Positions 39,810 to 51,135 are shown, numbered from the stretch's first letter. The stretch is 64,000 bases of DNA from Promethearchaeota archaeon (GCA_048939995.1 JBHLOY010000004.1:219483-283482), one strand, 5' to 3'. The notes: generated from the letters alone by a model not told the origin. Translations and numbers: made by a program.

Positions 39810-41987
39810 ATGATCCGTAATCAAATTGAATGTTTAAGTGGAAGAAAATTAATTGGATTATTTAGTTTTCTAATTCTGCTCTGCTGTTCTTCTTTTATCT
39901 TTATAAATAATTTAAGGCCTAAAATTGAAACAAAAGAGACAATAATTCTTCAATCGTCCTCCACTGAGCATTATACACAACAATGGATAGATAATGGATC
40001 ATTTGAAAATTCAACTGATAGTTGGTATTCTGTTATTGAAGGCGATTCAACAGATTTAAATATGAATGTATGCGAGGGATGTGCAAATTTTGAAATATTA
40101 GGAGAAAAAAACGTATTTTCGATTATTTCTGATCCTCCATCTGCTTCAGATTGGGCGGCCACAGTTAATCCTAATTTTCCAAATCAAACTGATATCTTTG
40201 AAATCACTAATTATGGATGCAGAATCTCTCATGAGTTTGATGATGTCACTGCTGTTCAAAACCCATGTGTCCATTGGGATCAAAATATCACGTTACCCAT
40301 AAATATATCAGATTATATAATTACATCCGCCTCTATTCAAGCTATCGTAAATGCAACAGTTGATGAAAATTTAGACCGTAGTAGTGATAATTTGTTTCAT
40401 AGATTCGCAAGAATTAACCCTAGTGATCCAATAGATACCTATAGTATTGGAGATTTCATAAGATTTTACGTATTGATTTCAGATTTAGCAAAAAATAAGA
40501 TTTATGAGATTTCTTATTTCCAAACAGAAGAAATTGGAACTGGTAATCCACCTGGAAAAGATTATTTATTCGACACCTATATGATATCAGTTCCAGAAGA
40601 ATTATTAATTTTTTACCTTACCTCTGTGTTAAGCACCGATAACTCAAATTTCACAATCACGTTAGGAATCAGACTTCATACTGAAGATAATTTGGCTGAT
40701 TTCTGGGATATTGATACTTTTGATGAAGCAATAATTAAATATGTTAATTTAACATTTACTTACGAGAAAAAGATTGATCGTTTAACATACATTTACTGGA
40801 ATCAAATAGGAGATTCTCTGGAAGGTAATAACCTTGAAGTATCTGCTGCTTACCTTAATTTTAATTATAAGATTGACCCAGATTGGAGGACTTCATTTAC
40901 TCCTAATTCTAGACTAAAAGTTTTAGTAAACAATTATGAAAGTGATATAAGCCTTGTTTTAAATTCAATGAATGCTACTTTTCAAGACTTAGGAGCGGGT
41001 GGAATGGATATTACATCTCTTATATTAAAGAATATTAATATTACTCTTTCATTTCAAATCTTTATTGCTGATACCTTTGTTTTAGATAGAGTTATCAAAA
41101 TTTCAATTGATGATGTCAATTTTGTGATATCATATTTGGTATATTTTGAAGACTCCCAATTTCCAATATTTCTTTTTATAACTTTAATAATATCACTAAT
41201 TCTTATTGCAATATTAGGATCATTGAGCCTTAGAGCCTATATATGGACACCAAGAAAAATTAGGAATAAAAACTTGTTATTAAGAAGAACTCAAAAATTT
41301 AAGGATATAAATAATATTCAAGCTCTCTTTTTGATACATAAACCAAGCGGACTTGCAATTTTTACACACAGTTATTCTAAGCAATTAGAAGGTAAGGATG
41401 TAATTTTTTCAGGATTTATACAAGCAATTTCTATAATAGGTCAGAATATTGCTGATGAATTACCTGCTAATCGTTCGTTAAATCAACCCAAAAGCAAGAT
41501 TGAGGAACATAAGATAATAGAATTAGATTTAAAGTCATTTCATTGTCTTATCTTGGATATAGGAGATTTGCGTACAGTATTGGTTATTTTAACAAAAGCA
41601 TCTAAGAGATTAAAACAAGTCTTATTTAATTTTGCTCTAAAGGTGTTTTTTGAAATAGAAGATAAAATTAAAAATTTTAATCATAATTTAAGTTACTTTC
41701 GAGAAGTAATCCCTCTTTATCTTGACGAATATTTCGAATTATATTATAAGCATCAGTTTAAAATTAATAATATGGAAAAAAATTTAGATTCGATAAAAAA
41801 GAAATACCATCTAAATCATCAACAATATCGCGTATTAAAAATTATTTTTCAGATTTTAAAAGATAACAATTCCTTTAAACTCTTAGAAATCATCCAACAA
41901 ATGAGTAGGTATAATGAAGATTTAATAATTGATGCTATCGAATTATTAATTGCGAAAAAAATTATTGTCCCAATAACCAATTTTTGA
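39810..41987 (+). CDS. Single-pass membrane protein: extracellular beta-rich domain, TM helix, cytoplasmic longin-like domain
   Basis: Signal/TM at the N-terminus, many NxS/T sequons, TM near aa 450-475, then IHKPSGLAIF...FSGFIQAIS. Confidence 0.7.
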   Translation: MIRNQIECLSGRKLIGLFSFLILLCCSSFIFINNLRPKIETKETIILQSSSTEHYTQQWIDNGSFENSTDSWYSVIEGDSTDLNMNVCEGCANFEILGEKNVFSIISDPPSASDWAATVNPNFPNQTDIFEITNYGCRISHEFDDVTAVQNPCVHWDQNITLPINISDYIITSASIQAIVNATVDENLDRSSDNLFHRFARINPSDPIDTYSIGDFIRFYVLISDLAKNKIYEISYFQTEEIGTGNPPGKDYLFDTYMISVPEELLIFYLTSVLSTDNSNFTITLGIRLHTEDNLADFWDIDTFDEAIIKYVNLTFTYEKKIDRLTYIYWNQIGDSLEGNNLEVSAAYLNFNYKIDPDWRTSFTPNSRLKVLVNNYESDISLVLNSMNATFQDLGAGGMDITSLILKNINITLSFQIFIADTFVLDRVIKISIDDVNFVISYLVYFEDSQFPIFLFITLIISLILIAILGSLSLRAYIWTPRKIRNKNLLLRRTQKFKDINNIQALFLIHKPSGLAIFTHSYSKQLEGKDVIFSGFIQAISIIGQNIADELPANRSLNQPKSKIEEHKIIELDLKSFHCLILDIGDLRTVLVILTKASKRLKQVLFNFALKVFFEIEDKIKNFNHNLSYFREVIPLYLDEYFELYYKHQFKINNMEKNLDSIKKKYHLNHQQYRVLKIIFQILKDNNSFKLLEIIQQMSRYNEDLIIDAIELLIAKKIIVPITNF

Positions 41988-42072
41988 CTTTTTTTAATGG
42001 CTTCTCTCAAAAAATAAACTTCTTTTTTGATGAAATTATTAAATTATTAAACATAATAACGAGTTTTTAAAT

Positions 42073-43473
42073 ATGAAGTACGAAGAGCAAATTACTAAGA
42101 TTGAAAATATAGTAAGCCAACCTTTGAGAAGATTTAAGCCCAAAGAATTAAAAGGTATTATAGAAAGATACGAGAAAAAGCACCCAAAATCGAAAGACGC
42201 TTTTGAAAGAGCAAAGAAGGTGATTCCAGGTGGAGTGGAGCATAATTTAGCTTTCAATTATCCGTTTCCTTTAACAAGTAAGCGTGTTTACGATTGCTTT
42301 ATGCAAACAATAGACAATGTTGTTCTTTTAGATTATTTAATGTGTGGAGGCCCCATTATATTAGGACATAATTATAAGCCATTAACAGATAAAATTTTAG
42401 ATGTTATTGGAGAGACAGGTCCTTGCCATGGAATAACGCACGAATATGAGTATTTAGCAGCAGAACAATTATATAAGCATTTTCCATCTTGTGAGTCTAT
42501 CAGATGGCTGCAGAGTGGAACAGAAGCAGATATGTTAGCAATTCGAGTTGCACGTGTATTTACTGGGAAAAAATATGTCATCAAGATAGGAGGGAGCTAT
42601 CATGGATGGTCAGATCAGCTTGTTTATGATATGCATATACCAGGTACAAAAAGAATGGAGTCACATGGGATTCCTAAAGAAATCTTCAAGAATATTGAGT
42701 CTGTTCCTCCTAATGATATTGAAGCTTTGAGAGAGTCGTTTAGAGAAAAAAAGAAAGTTGCAGCAGTAATATTAGAACCAATGGGGGGAGAAAGTGGCGC
42801 AATACCCATAAGGCCAGAATTTAATAAAGAGGCAGAAGAACTTTGTCATCAAAATGACACTCTCTTAATCAGTGATGAAGTGGTATGTGCATTTAGACTT
42901 CATATGGGGGGAGGTCAAGGTTATTTTGGGTATACTCCAGATCTCTCTGTGTTTGGTAAGATTGTAGGTCATGGATATCCTTCTGCTGCGGCTTTAGGTG
43001 GACGATCAGATGTTATGGCTACTGTAGCAGCAGGAGTCGGTGGAGGGGCTAAAAGAGCTTATTGCGGTGGCACTTTAGCCGCAAATCCTTTAACATGTGC
43101 GGCTGCTTATTGGGCAATTAAATTTGTTGAAGAAACTAATGCTACTGAGATTGCAGGAATTGCTGCTGCAAAAATCTCGGCAGGATTAAATAAAATATTT
43201 GAAAAATACAACCTACCATGGTTCTCATATAATTATGGCGGAACGGTACATTTTCATACTTCTTGTGTTTTTGGAATAAATATAACAGATCCCAGCCAAG
43301 CACCACAAATTAAAGAAAGAAAGGAATTTATGGATCAAATGGGAGCGGCTCTAGTGGATCAGGAAATCATTTCAGTAGCGGGAAGTCGTTTTTATACTTG
43401 TATACTCCATACAGACGACATAATTAATAATACCTTTGAAAAGATCGAAAACATCTGCAAAAAAGTTTTATAA
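42073..43473 (+). CDS. Class III PLP aminotransferase (GSA-aminomutase-like)
   Basis: SGTEA, YHGW, ILEP, SDEV..FR, FGK...G.P and GT.AANP motifs. Confidence 0.88.
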   Translation: MKYEEQITKIENIVSQPLRRFKPKELKGIIERYEKKHPKSKDAFERAKKVIPGGVEHNLAFNYPFPLTSKRVYDCFMQTIDNVVLLDYLMCGGPIILGHNYKPLTDKILDVIGETGPCHGITHEYEYLAAEQLYKHFPSCESIRWLQSGTEADMLAIRVARVFTGKKYVIKIGGSYHGWSDQLVYDMHIPGTKRMESHGIPKEIFKNIESVPPNDIEALRESFREKKKVAAVILEPMGGESGAIPIRPEFNKEAEELCHQNDTLLISDEVVCAFRLHMGGGQGYFGYTPDLSVFGKIVGHGYPSAAALGGRSDVMATVAAGVGGGAKRAYCGGTLAANPLTCAAAYWAIKFVEETNATEIAGIAAAKISAGLNKIFEKYNLPWFSYNYGGTVHFHTSCVFGINITDPSQAPQIKERKEFMDQMGAALVDQEIISVAGSRFYTCILHTDDIINNTFEKIENICKKVL

Positions 43474-43582
43474 ATCCTAAAATTTTGATTTTATTTTGGG
43501 TTGAAAATGAAATAAAGCTATAGATATTTATTTTTTCATGAATTAAATCTTTAGTAAGATTAAAAGCGTAAATTGTTAATTA

Positions 43583-45541
43583 ATGAAAGCAAACAAAATA
43601 AGCAAGTATGCTGTAGCTAAAAATATATCATATGAAATAATAATAGAGGAACAGCTACAACTAAAAAGTGAAGCAACAAGCACAATATTGGAAAAGTATA
43701 AGAAGAAAAGAATTTCTCTTAAGTTAAAATTTATTTCATATAAAATCATCAACGCTATTATCTTTATACTTTTACCATTATTCCCGATCTTATCCTTTTT
43801 AGACAGTACTTCCTCACTTACAAACGCTGGAGCAGACGTACAAATTATTATGTTTATCCAAAGTCTAGTTCTCCAAACCTTTATTATAGTTCAATTTTTC
43901 GACTTTTTTTTAATGGGGGTATTTAATTTAATTAATATCATGTCAGGAGAGATTTTTGATTGGTTTAAAACCCTCCCCTTCTCCCGGAAGGAACTAAAGC
44001 GATTGACGTTATTAACAATTTTTCATAATTTCGATATCCCAATTTTAGCAAATATTTTTTCATTTCCGATAATGATTCTCGTGGTTACCCAAAATTTCAT
44101 TGTTTTTCTTATCTCTTTAGGATGTTCTGTTCTTAATGTACTGTTTTCAATTACCATTTTAATTATCCTTGGTGAAAAAATAGGTAATGTGATAAGATTA
44201 AAGAATAAAAGTATGAGAAAATCATTGTTCCTCCAAATTTTGAACGTATTTAGTTATGCTATAATAATATTCGGTACTATTTTTGCTATTCAATTAATTT
44301 TAAGCTCTATGATCTCTTTTATCATTGCTTCTGCTGATTTATATTATTCTCCTCTTTATAACCTCATTTTAAGTTCTATTCCATTTCCTTTCAGTCCGGT
44401 TTATTCAATTATCTATTTTATCAATTTTCCAGAGATGGTAATTAATCTCTGGCTTAGTCCTCTAATTGGTATGGTTTTATACGCAATATTGATCTATTTC
44501 TTTTTTAGTAAGGCAATGAAATCTATTGACAATATTTTATCATTAACACCTAAATTCAACGAATCGGTTTTATTAAATGAGGATTATATATTAAAAGTTC
44601 ATAAACTTTCACCTTTTAAAGCTTTTCTTAAAAAAGATTTATTAATTGCATCAAGAAATTTGCAAACTTTCATGTATTTCATAATGCCCTTGGTCATGTC
44701 ATTTGTTTTTACGATTTTTTTTAATATTAGTTATGCTGGACAAGGAGCATTATTAGGAGGTGATCTATTTTATAATTGGCTAGTAATGGTCGGTTTTGGT
44801 CCCATCATTTCTGGTACAATTGTATATAATATCTTGAGTATAGAAAATACAGGAAAAAGCATAATTGGTGCACTTCCTATTGTAAATCGTGATCAAGCTA
44901 AAGCAAAACTGGTTATAATGATCCTGATTCAATTTATTGCCACATTAACTCCAACTTTAATTTACATATTGCACCCTAGATTTATATATTTGCTATTAAC
45001 CACTTTTGCGACCTTACCATTTATATTTATTTTTCTTATATCGATTTTTTTATTTAGAGTCAGACTATTTGGGAAAAAGAAGTCTAGTTATGTTTTTGAT
45101 GAATTTGCACCTGGAAATAAATTAAGCAAGTGGATAATTATTTTCTTTATACAATATTCCACATACCTTTTACTCGTTTCAATAGTTTATTTCCTTTATT
45201 TTTATTTTGATATATTCATTTTAGTAATAAATTTAGTGATAATTTATTTAATTCTGATGATTGTCCTGAAAGGTTTCTTCGATAAGTACTTTCCAAAAAT
45301 CATATTTAAGAAAATTTCGGAAATTAGAAAATCTTCAAAAGCTTCTAAGTGGCCAATAATAATATCACTTGTTGTCATCATTTATTATTTGATTTCAATA
45401 TTTTTTTTGATTGACCCTACTCTTTTTTTCTTTTTTTCTGTCAATCCGCAATTATTTACGGGGGTATTTTTTGTGGTAGTGGCTATCCTACTTCTAATAG
45501 TTTCTTTAAAAATTCCAAAAAAGAAACAGGCTTCAAAATAA
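43583..45541 (+). CDS. Polytopic membrane protein, ABC-2 permease-like
   Basis: About 14-16 TM helices; TLP, KKDLLIASRN and ALPI motifs typical of ABC-2 permeases. Confidence 0.65.
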   Translation: MKANKISKYAVAKNISYEIIIEEQLQLKSEATSTILEKYKKKRISLKLKFISYKIINAIIFILLPLFPILSFLDSTSSLTNAGADVQIIMFIQSLVLQTFIIVQFFDFFLMGVFNLINIMSGEIFDWFKTLPFSRKELKRLTLLTIFHNFDIPILANIFSFPIMILVVTQNFIVFLISLGCSVLNVLFSITILIILGEKIGNVIRLKNKSMRKSLFLQILNVFSYAIIIFGTIFAIQLILSSMISFIIASADLYYSPLYNLILSSIPFPFSPVYSIIYFINFPEMVINLWLSPLIGMVLYAILIYFFFSKAMKSIDNILSLTPKFNESVLLNEDYILKVHKLSPFKAFLKKDLLIASRNLQTFMYFIMPLVMSFVFTIFFNISYAGQGALLGGDLFYNWLVMVGFGPIISGTIVYNILSIENTGKSIIGALPIVNRDQAKAKLVIMILIQFIATLTPTLIYILHPRFIYLLLTTFATLPFIFIFLISIFLFRVRLFGKKKSSYVFDEFAPGNKLSKWIIIFFIQYSTYLLLVSIVYFLYFYFDIFILVINLVIIYLILMIVLKGFFDKYFPKIIFKKISEIRKSSKASKWPIIISLVVIIYYLISIFFLIDPTLFFFFSVNPQLFTGVFFVVVAILLLIVSLKIPKKKQASK

Positions 45542-45601
45542 GGAATTCTTTATATTTTTTTATCAATTTTTATTATATTACTAAACCAATAGTTGTTATG
45601 C

Positions 45602-46627
45602 ATGGGAAAACAACAAGAAATAACAGAACCATCTAATCTACTTAATGAAGATGGTACATTAGTTCAAAAAGGATGGTCCAAGAAACCAATATTAACCTAT
45701 AATAAAAAAAACATTGGTAAAGGCTGGGCAAGAATTAAAGAATGGGATCATTTTTCAATTTTAAACAAGGAATTTGGATTTCAATTAACTATAGGAGATA
45801 TTGGATATTTAACCCAGATGAGTTATGTTTGGCTTGATTTTATCAATGGGAAAAGATATAGCAAAGCACCGATGAAATTCTTTACTAAATCAAAACTTTT
45901 GCCTTTAAGCTCTATGAATGACTTTTTCATAGAATTTCCTACTCCGAAATTTAAAGCCACTATTGAAAGGAAAGGACATAATAGAATTCTTACTATTGAT
46001 GATAAAAATTTCTTAGATAAGGGTATAAAAGGTAAGATCACTCTCTTTGATAATCCTAATTGGGATAATACAGTAGTTGTAACAGGCTATAAGGAAAATC
46101 CAAAATTATTTTACTATAACCATAAAATAAATATGATGCCTGCTGAAGGAAAAATAAAAATAGGAGAAAAATATTATAGTTTTGAGCCTGAATCATCCTT
46201 TGGACTAATGGATTGGGGAAGAGGAATTTGGCCGTATAAAACTCATTGGTTATGGGGATCAGCATGTGGAATTATCGGTGAGGTTCCTGTTGCATTTAAT
46301 ATTGGTTATGGATTTGGAGATCTCTCAACACACACAGAAAACCTTATTTTCTATGACGGTAAGGCTCATAAAATTGATGAAATCTACTTTCATTATGAGA
46401 ACCGAGACCCAACAAAACCGTGGAAAATCAGCAGCAATGATAACCGTTTTAATATGACGCTAAAACCCTTAATTCCTCATCGTGAAAAAATTAATTTTGG
46501 ATTAATATATTTAAATTCTTCTTTATTACATGGATTATATTCAGGTGATTTAGTTTTGGACAATGGAGAGAGGATTTATATAAAGGATATGCTTGGACAT
46601 GCTGAAGATATCTACTGGCGTTGGTAA
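45602..46627 (+). CDS. DUF2804 family protein
   Basis: LL.EDG.L...GW, KEWD, FYYNHK, DWGRG.W.Y.T.W.W, TEN and AE....W motifs. Confidence 0.8.
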   Translation: MGKQQEITEPSNLLNEDGTLVQKGWSKKPILTYNKKNIGKGWARIKEWDHFSILNKEFGFQLTIGDIGYLTQMSYVWLDFINGKRYSKAPMKFFTKSKLLPLSSMNDFFIEFPTPKFKATIERKGHNRILTIDDKNFLDKGIKGKITLFDNPNWDNTVVVTGYKENPKLFYYNHKINMMPAEGKIKIGEKYYSFEPESSFGLMDWGRGIWPYKTHWLWGSACGIIGEVPVAFNIGYGFGDLSTHTENLIFYDGKAHKIDEIYFHYENRDPTKPWKISSNDNRFNMTLKPLIPHREKINFGLIYLNSSLLHGLYSGDLVLDNGERIYIKDMLGHAEDIYWRW

Positions 46628-46654
46628 AGTTTATTTATACTTATTTTTAAAGAC

Positions 46655-47317
46655 TTAAAATTGTTTCTTTTTTAATATAACAATTGCTATTATAAGAAAG
46701 GTTAATGTCAAGCTTATTCCTACAATAGATGTTAATAATATCGGATTTATAATTTGAATAAATAGTGTTACAAGGACAGAAATAGCAGATAATTGATTTC
46801 CAACATAAACTGATAATATAGCTGCTGCTGCTACAGAACGAATTAATGTTCCGAAGAAAACTCCTATTGAACAAGAAATTGCCATTGCTGCCATACTCGT
46901 TACAAGAGATTCAAACGTCAACTTAATGAATGTTGGCGACAGAATGCCAATTGTGAAGTAATCAATAATTAAACCAGCGATTAATGAAAATATTGCTGCT
47001 ATAAATAAACACAGATACACAGCAAAAAATTTTGCTAATATAAGGTTATATCTTTTAACAGGCCTAATTAGAAATAATTCATAGACATGATAGCTCATCT
47101 CATTTGCCATAGAAGTGCCTAACATCGCGGATCCTAGCGTTCCTCCAATAGTTGCTGTAACTATAGCAACTAGAGTAGTAAATGGAAATCCTTCAGTGTC
47201 TGGTTGTATAAAATGCATAATTATGGTTAGCAGAGGCATACCAATCCATAAAATTATCATAACCTTTGATTTGTAGAAACCCTTTAACTCATCAAAAAAT
47301 AAAATTTTTAAGCTCAT
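46655..47317 (-). CDS. ABC-2 type transporter permease
   Basis: 6 TM helices, E......LFLIRPV.R....AKF; ATGA overlap with the ATPase stop. Confidence 0.85.
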   Translation of the reverse strand: MSLKILFFDELKGFYKSKVMIILWIGMPLLTIIMHFIQPDTEGFPFTTLVAIVTATIGGTLGSAMLGTSMANEMSYHVYELFLIRPVKRYNLILAKFFAVYLCLFIAAIFSLIAGLIIDYFTIGILSPTFIKLTFESLVTSMAAMAISCSIGVFFGTLIRSVAAAAILSVYVGNQLSAISVLVTLFIQIINPILLTSIVGISLTLTFLIIAIVILKKKQF

Positions 47318-48261
47318 TTCATTTTCCCTCCGACATAATTTAAATATACTTCTTCTAAACTGGGGGTTACTAAAGATATGTTTCTGAATTTGCAATTTTC
47401 ATTGATAATTTTCTTTAAAATGTGATGCATGCAAATATCAACATCAAAATTTGATTTTAAGTGGATTTTTTGTATAATTTGATCAAATAATTCGACTTTT
47501 TCCACAAATTCAAGTTCTTCTAATTCTTCACACATTTTTTCATCTTTAGCATAGATAATTTGAACAATATTTCCTATGTGGAAATCAAGTTGGAGCTCTG
47601 TTGGAGTTCCTATTCTTTTAATTTTACCTTGATGTAAAATTCCTATTTTAATGGCAACATCTTGGACATCACTTAAAATATGAGAAGAAAATAAAATGGT
47701 TTTTCCTTCAGATCCTAGCTGTTTAACCAAATTCTTGAGTTGATATCTGCTCATTGGATCTAATCCTGAAAGTGGCTCATCTAAAATGAGAATTTCTGGA
47801 TCACTTAATAATGCTTGCGCTAATCTTAATTTTTGGACCATCCCTCCCGATAAATGAACAACTTTTTTATCTTGAAATTCTTTTAAGTTTACAAATTCTA
47901 ATATCTCATTAATTTTAGATTTTAAAAATTCACTTTCCAGACCAGAGAGTTTTCCAAAGGTTGTTAGAGTATGATTGACTGTTCTCCATGATTGAAACCC
48001 AACTTCTTGAGGGTGATATCCCAAAATCCTTGAGAGTTCATTATAATGAAGTTTTAAATCTTCTCCATTAATAAGAACTTTTCCTTTATAATCTCTTATT
48101 AGTCCAACTAATATCTTAATTGTAGTTGTTTTACCAGCTCCATTAGGGCCAATATATCCAAAAACGTCTCCTTTATTGATAGAGAATGATACTTTATCTA
48201 AAGCAAGTAATTCTTTATATTTTTTAGAGACATTACGAAATTCTATAAAAATTTCTTCCAT
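47314..48261 (-). CDS. ABC transporter ATP-binding protein
   Basis: GPNGAGKTT, LSGGM, LDEP and SSH motifs. Confidence 0.95.
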   Translation of the reverse strand: MEEIFIEFRNVSKKYKELLALDKVSFSINKGDVFGYIGPNGAGKTTTIKILVGLIRDYKGKVLINGEDLKLHYNELSRILGYHPQEVGFQSWRTVNHTLTTFGKLSGLESEFLKSKINEILEFVNLKEFQDKKVVHLSGGMVQKLRLAQALLSDPEILILDEPLSGLDPMSRYQLKNLVKQLGSEGKTILFSSHILSDVQDVAIKIGILHQGKIKRIGTPTELQLDFHIGNIVQIIYAKDEKMCEELEELEFVEKVELFDQIIQKIHLKSNFDVDICMHHILKKIINENCKFRNISLVTPSLEEVYLNYVGGKMK

Positions 48262-48777
48262 ATTTTCTAAATATAAGTTTCAATAAACTAATTATAATTT
48301 ATAAGAGTATTTAGTATTCTAATGAGACAGCATTTTAAAACTTTAAGTGAATTTAAACATAGAACTAGAATTGAGTGTTATAATTTATATTAGTGCTTTT
48401 TATTGCTTTTCTGATACAAATTATTAGTCATTTTTTAGATTGATCTCTTTATGAAAAAATAATAATTTAAGATTTTAGTAAAAAATAGGGCAATCTTTAA
48501 CCAATTGGGGATTTAGAGAAGAAAAACCCCATAATTGGATTAACTCCAGTTATATCTCATTTATCTGAGAAACATTTAAGGCATTTTAAAAAAATAAAAA
48601 TATTTAAATATTTAATATCACTCTCAAATTGGGATTCTAATTCAGTAAGTTGACACATTGAATCAATAATATCAAGACTATTTAGAAAGTCTTAATCTGA
48701 TTCTAGGACTCTTTAATGCTATAAGAAAAGTATAGGAGCCCTTATACAATATAAAACTAAAGACCATCAGTTCAAAA

Positions 48778-49749
48778 ATGTCAGAGATAGGTACATTTAT
48801 ACTTGCTATTTTCGTGCTGATAGGAGGATTAGGCTTAATAATTTATAGTAGTATAAAAGCAGTTAAACATTCAGCTATCCTTGCTGCAGCACTAGGAGTT
48901 TCTCCACTGGTAATTGGAGTAGCATTAGTCTCAATTGGGACTGATATCTCAGAAATCTTTAATTCAATCATATCATGTGCGCTTGGTCATGGAGACATAG
49001 ATGTAGGAGACAGTGTAGGTTCAGATTTAACTCAACTTACACTAGTATTTGGGTTATTACCATTAATATCTGGTGTTTTTTATGTTCATAGAAAAGATAT
49101 TATCATCTTAGGCGCATGTGAGGTTTTATCATTGATATTAATATTTACAGTGGTTGAAAAAGGTTATTTTACTAGACTTGATGCTATACTTATGATGTCT
49201 TGTTTGGGTATATACATATGGTTAATATATAATGCTAATAAGGAAAGTATTCTCCAAAGAGTGGGTATGATTCAAAAATTAAAGGCTCCCAAACCTAAAA
49301 AGTACCATCTATTAATTGCTGCATTAGGTTTTGGAGGGGTTACAATCAGTTCTTACATGATAGTTAATTCTGTTATAATAATATCCAGCGTACTAAATGT
49401 GCATGAATACATTATTAGTTTCTTTATAGTTTCTGTAGGAACTTCTTTACCTGAATTAGCTGTAGATATTAACGCATTAAGATTAAAGCATCATGAAATA
49501 GCCATTGGAGATATAATCGGCTCTTGTATCGTAGATTCTACTCTCTCAATCGCGATTGGTCAGGCCCTTTTTCCACAAAGTGTAACAGCAAGGCTAATTG
49601 TGCCAACTGTCCTATATACTTTAATTGCAAGTTTTATTGTTATAACTATAGTTGCAGTTAGAAAAAAAGTAGATCGCCGAGCAGGAGCGATATTTGTATC
49701 AATTTATGCGTTTTCTTATATCTTTCTATTTTTCTTTGGATTTTGGTAA
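48778..49749 (+). CDS. Sodium:calcium antiporter (CaCA/YrbG family)
   Basis: Two alpha repeats: GTDISE...GDSVGS and GTSLPE...GDIIGS. Confidence 0.88.
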   Translation: MSEIGTFILAIFVLIGGLGLIIYSSIKAVKHSAILAAALGVSPLVIGVALVSIGTDISEIFNSIISCALGHGDIDVGDSVGSDLTQLTLVFGLLPLISGVFYVHRKDIIILGACEVLSLILIFTVVEKGYFTRLDAILMMSCLGIYIWLIYNANKESILQRVGMIQKLKAPKPKKYHLLIAALGFGGVTISSYMIVNSVIIISSVLNVHEYIISFFIVSVGTSLPELAVDINALRLKHHEIAIGDIIGSCIVDSTLSIAIGQALFPQSVTARLIVPTVLYTLIASFIVITIVAVRKKVDRRAGAIFVSIYAFSYIFLFFFGFW

Positions 49750-49780
49750 TATTAATTAAGTAAGTGGTATTTTTTTCTGG

Positions 49781-50128
49781 TTATAATGGCATGTAGAACT
49801 TACATAATATGCATTGTTTTGCTTTTAAACGTCTTTCTGGTCCTAAGATAATATATTTAGTTTGCATTGAACCACCACACTTAGGACAACTTTTAGCAAA
49901 ATTTTCTTTTATTGAATCCAATACTTTCTGAATGTTTTTTTCTAATCTGAGGAGTTCATTAGCATTTTCAATAATTTTCTTGGCAGAAATCAGTCCTATT
50001 CCTTTGATCCAAGCTAGCTCTTCGGGTTTTGCATTTGCAATATCCTCAATTGAACTAACACCTGCTTTATTCAAATTAATAGCAGCTACTGGCCCAATTC
50101 CCCTTATTCGCTCAAGCTCATTAGACAT
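49781..50128 (-). CDS. Helix-hairpin-helix domain protein with C-terminal Zn ribbon
   Basis: IRGIGP and IKGIG HhH motifs; CPKC...CILC. Confidence 0.8.
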   Translation of the reverse strand: MSNELERIRGIGPVAAINLNKAGVSSIEDIANAKPEELAWIKGIGLISAKKIIENANELLRLEKNIQKVLDSIKENFAKSCPKCGGSMQTKYIILGPERRLKAKQCILCKFYMPL

Positions 50129-50292
50129 AATGCAGAAACTAAAAATATTTACTTTGAAATATATCTCTCTGAAGTTCTTATCAGGTATTTTAAATCTATT
50201 TGTATTAATCGAATATATTTATGCTTTATATAATCTTATTAATACGGAAAAAAAAAATTTTATAATTTAAAAAATTCTCTCTAATTAAAATA

Positions 50293-51024
50293 TTATTTCT
50301 CTATTTGACGCCCCACACCATAGTACATTAAATATCCTCCTGCTAATCCTAAGATCACTCCTATTGCACTTATAATGGTTCTGAATGTTGGGACATCAAG
50401 AGTGTTCGATACAAAAATACCGTACATGAACAAACTGAGAGCACAAAATCCTAATATAAAAAATTTCCACTTTTTTTTTAAATTTATATCTTCGAATTTT
50501 CTATAAATTTGAAATGATAAATAGAGTAAAGGCAGAATTAGTATAGTTTCGACTATTAACAGATATATAAAGAATTGAATACTCCAAACTGGAGAAAAGT
50601 TAGGATTCAGAGTAACTCCAGGTATAGGAGTGAAATAAAAGATTATCATTCCAAACATTGCGATCCCATAAACAAAAAAGATAATTAATTGCTTACTGGT
50701 TGTTATCACCATCTCAGATTTTAAAAGTATCAAATTAAAAACAAAAAGGAATATTGGTGCATAGAATATGCAGAAATTAGTAATAAAGTTCAAGATAAGA
50801 ATTGTAGATACATCTGTAAGAAATACATAAACAAAATTCACAAATGAGCCAAATATAGCAAATATATAAAAAGCTGAGAAGATTATATTCAATCTTTTTG
50901 TATCTCGTTTAAGAGTCTTAATTGCTAAAAAGAGGAAGAAAGCAAAAACTAGTCCTTGTGCAACAAATACAGTGAGAATTCTTGTTGGATCTAATTGATA
51001 TAATACCATAATCTTATCACTCAC
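50293..51024 (-). CDS. 7-TM membrane protein (HisKA_7TM-like sensor fold), paralog 1
   Basis: Seven hydrophobic segments; similar to its neighbour. Confidence 0.65.
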   Translation of the reverse strand: MSDKIMVLYQLDPTRILTVFVAQGLVFAFFLFLAIKTLKRDTKRLNIIFSAFYIFAIFGSFVNFVYVFLTDVSTILILNFITNFCIFYAPIFLFVFNLILLKSEMVITTSKQLIIFFVYGIAMFGMIIFYFTPIPGVTLNPNFSPVWSIQFFIYLLIVETILILPLLYLSFQIYRKFEDINLKKKWKFFILGFCALSLFMYGIFVSNTLDVPTFRTIISAIGVILGLAGGYLMYYGVGRQIEK

Positions 51025-51135
51025 ATTGAATTTTTTTTTGAAATTTGTAATTATTATTGTAATTTAATAATTTAAATGCATTTAACATTTGCTATTATTT
51101 AAAAAATACAACAGATTTAGAAAAATACTTGAGAT

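Noticed and set aside
48497-48532. 11-codon minus-strand ORF MGFFFSKSPIG resembling an Arf-like myristoylation start
   Set aside because: Tiny, RBS spacing is poor, and it coincides with a hairpin; likely chance.
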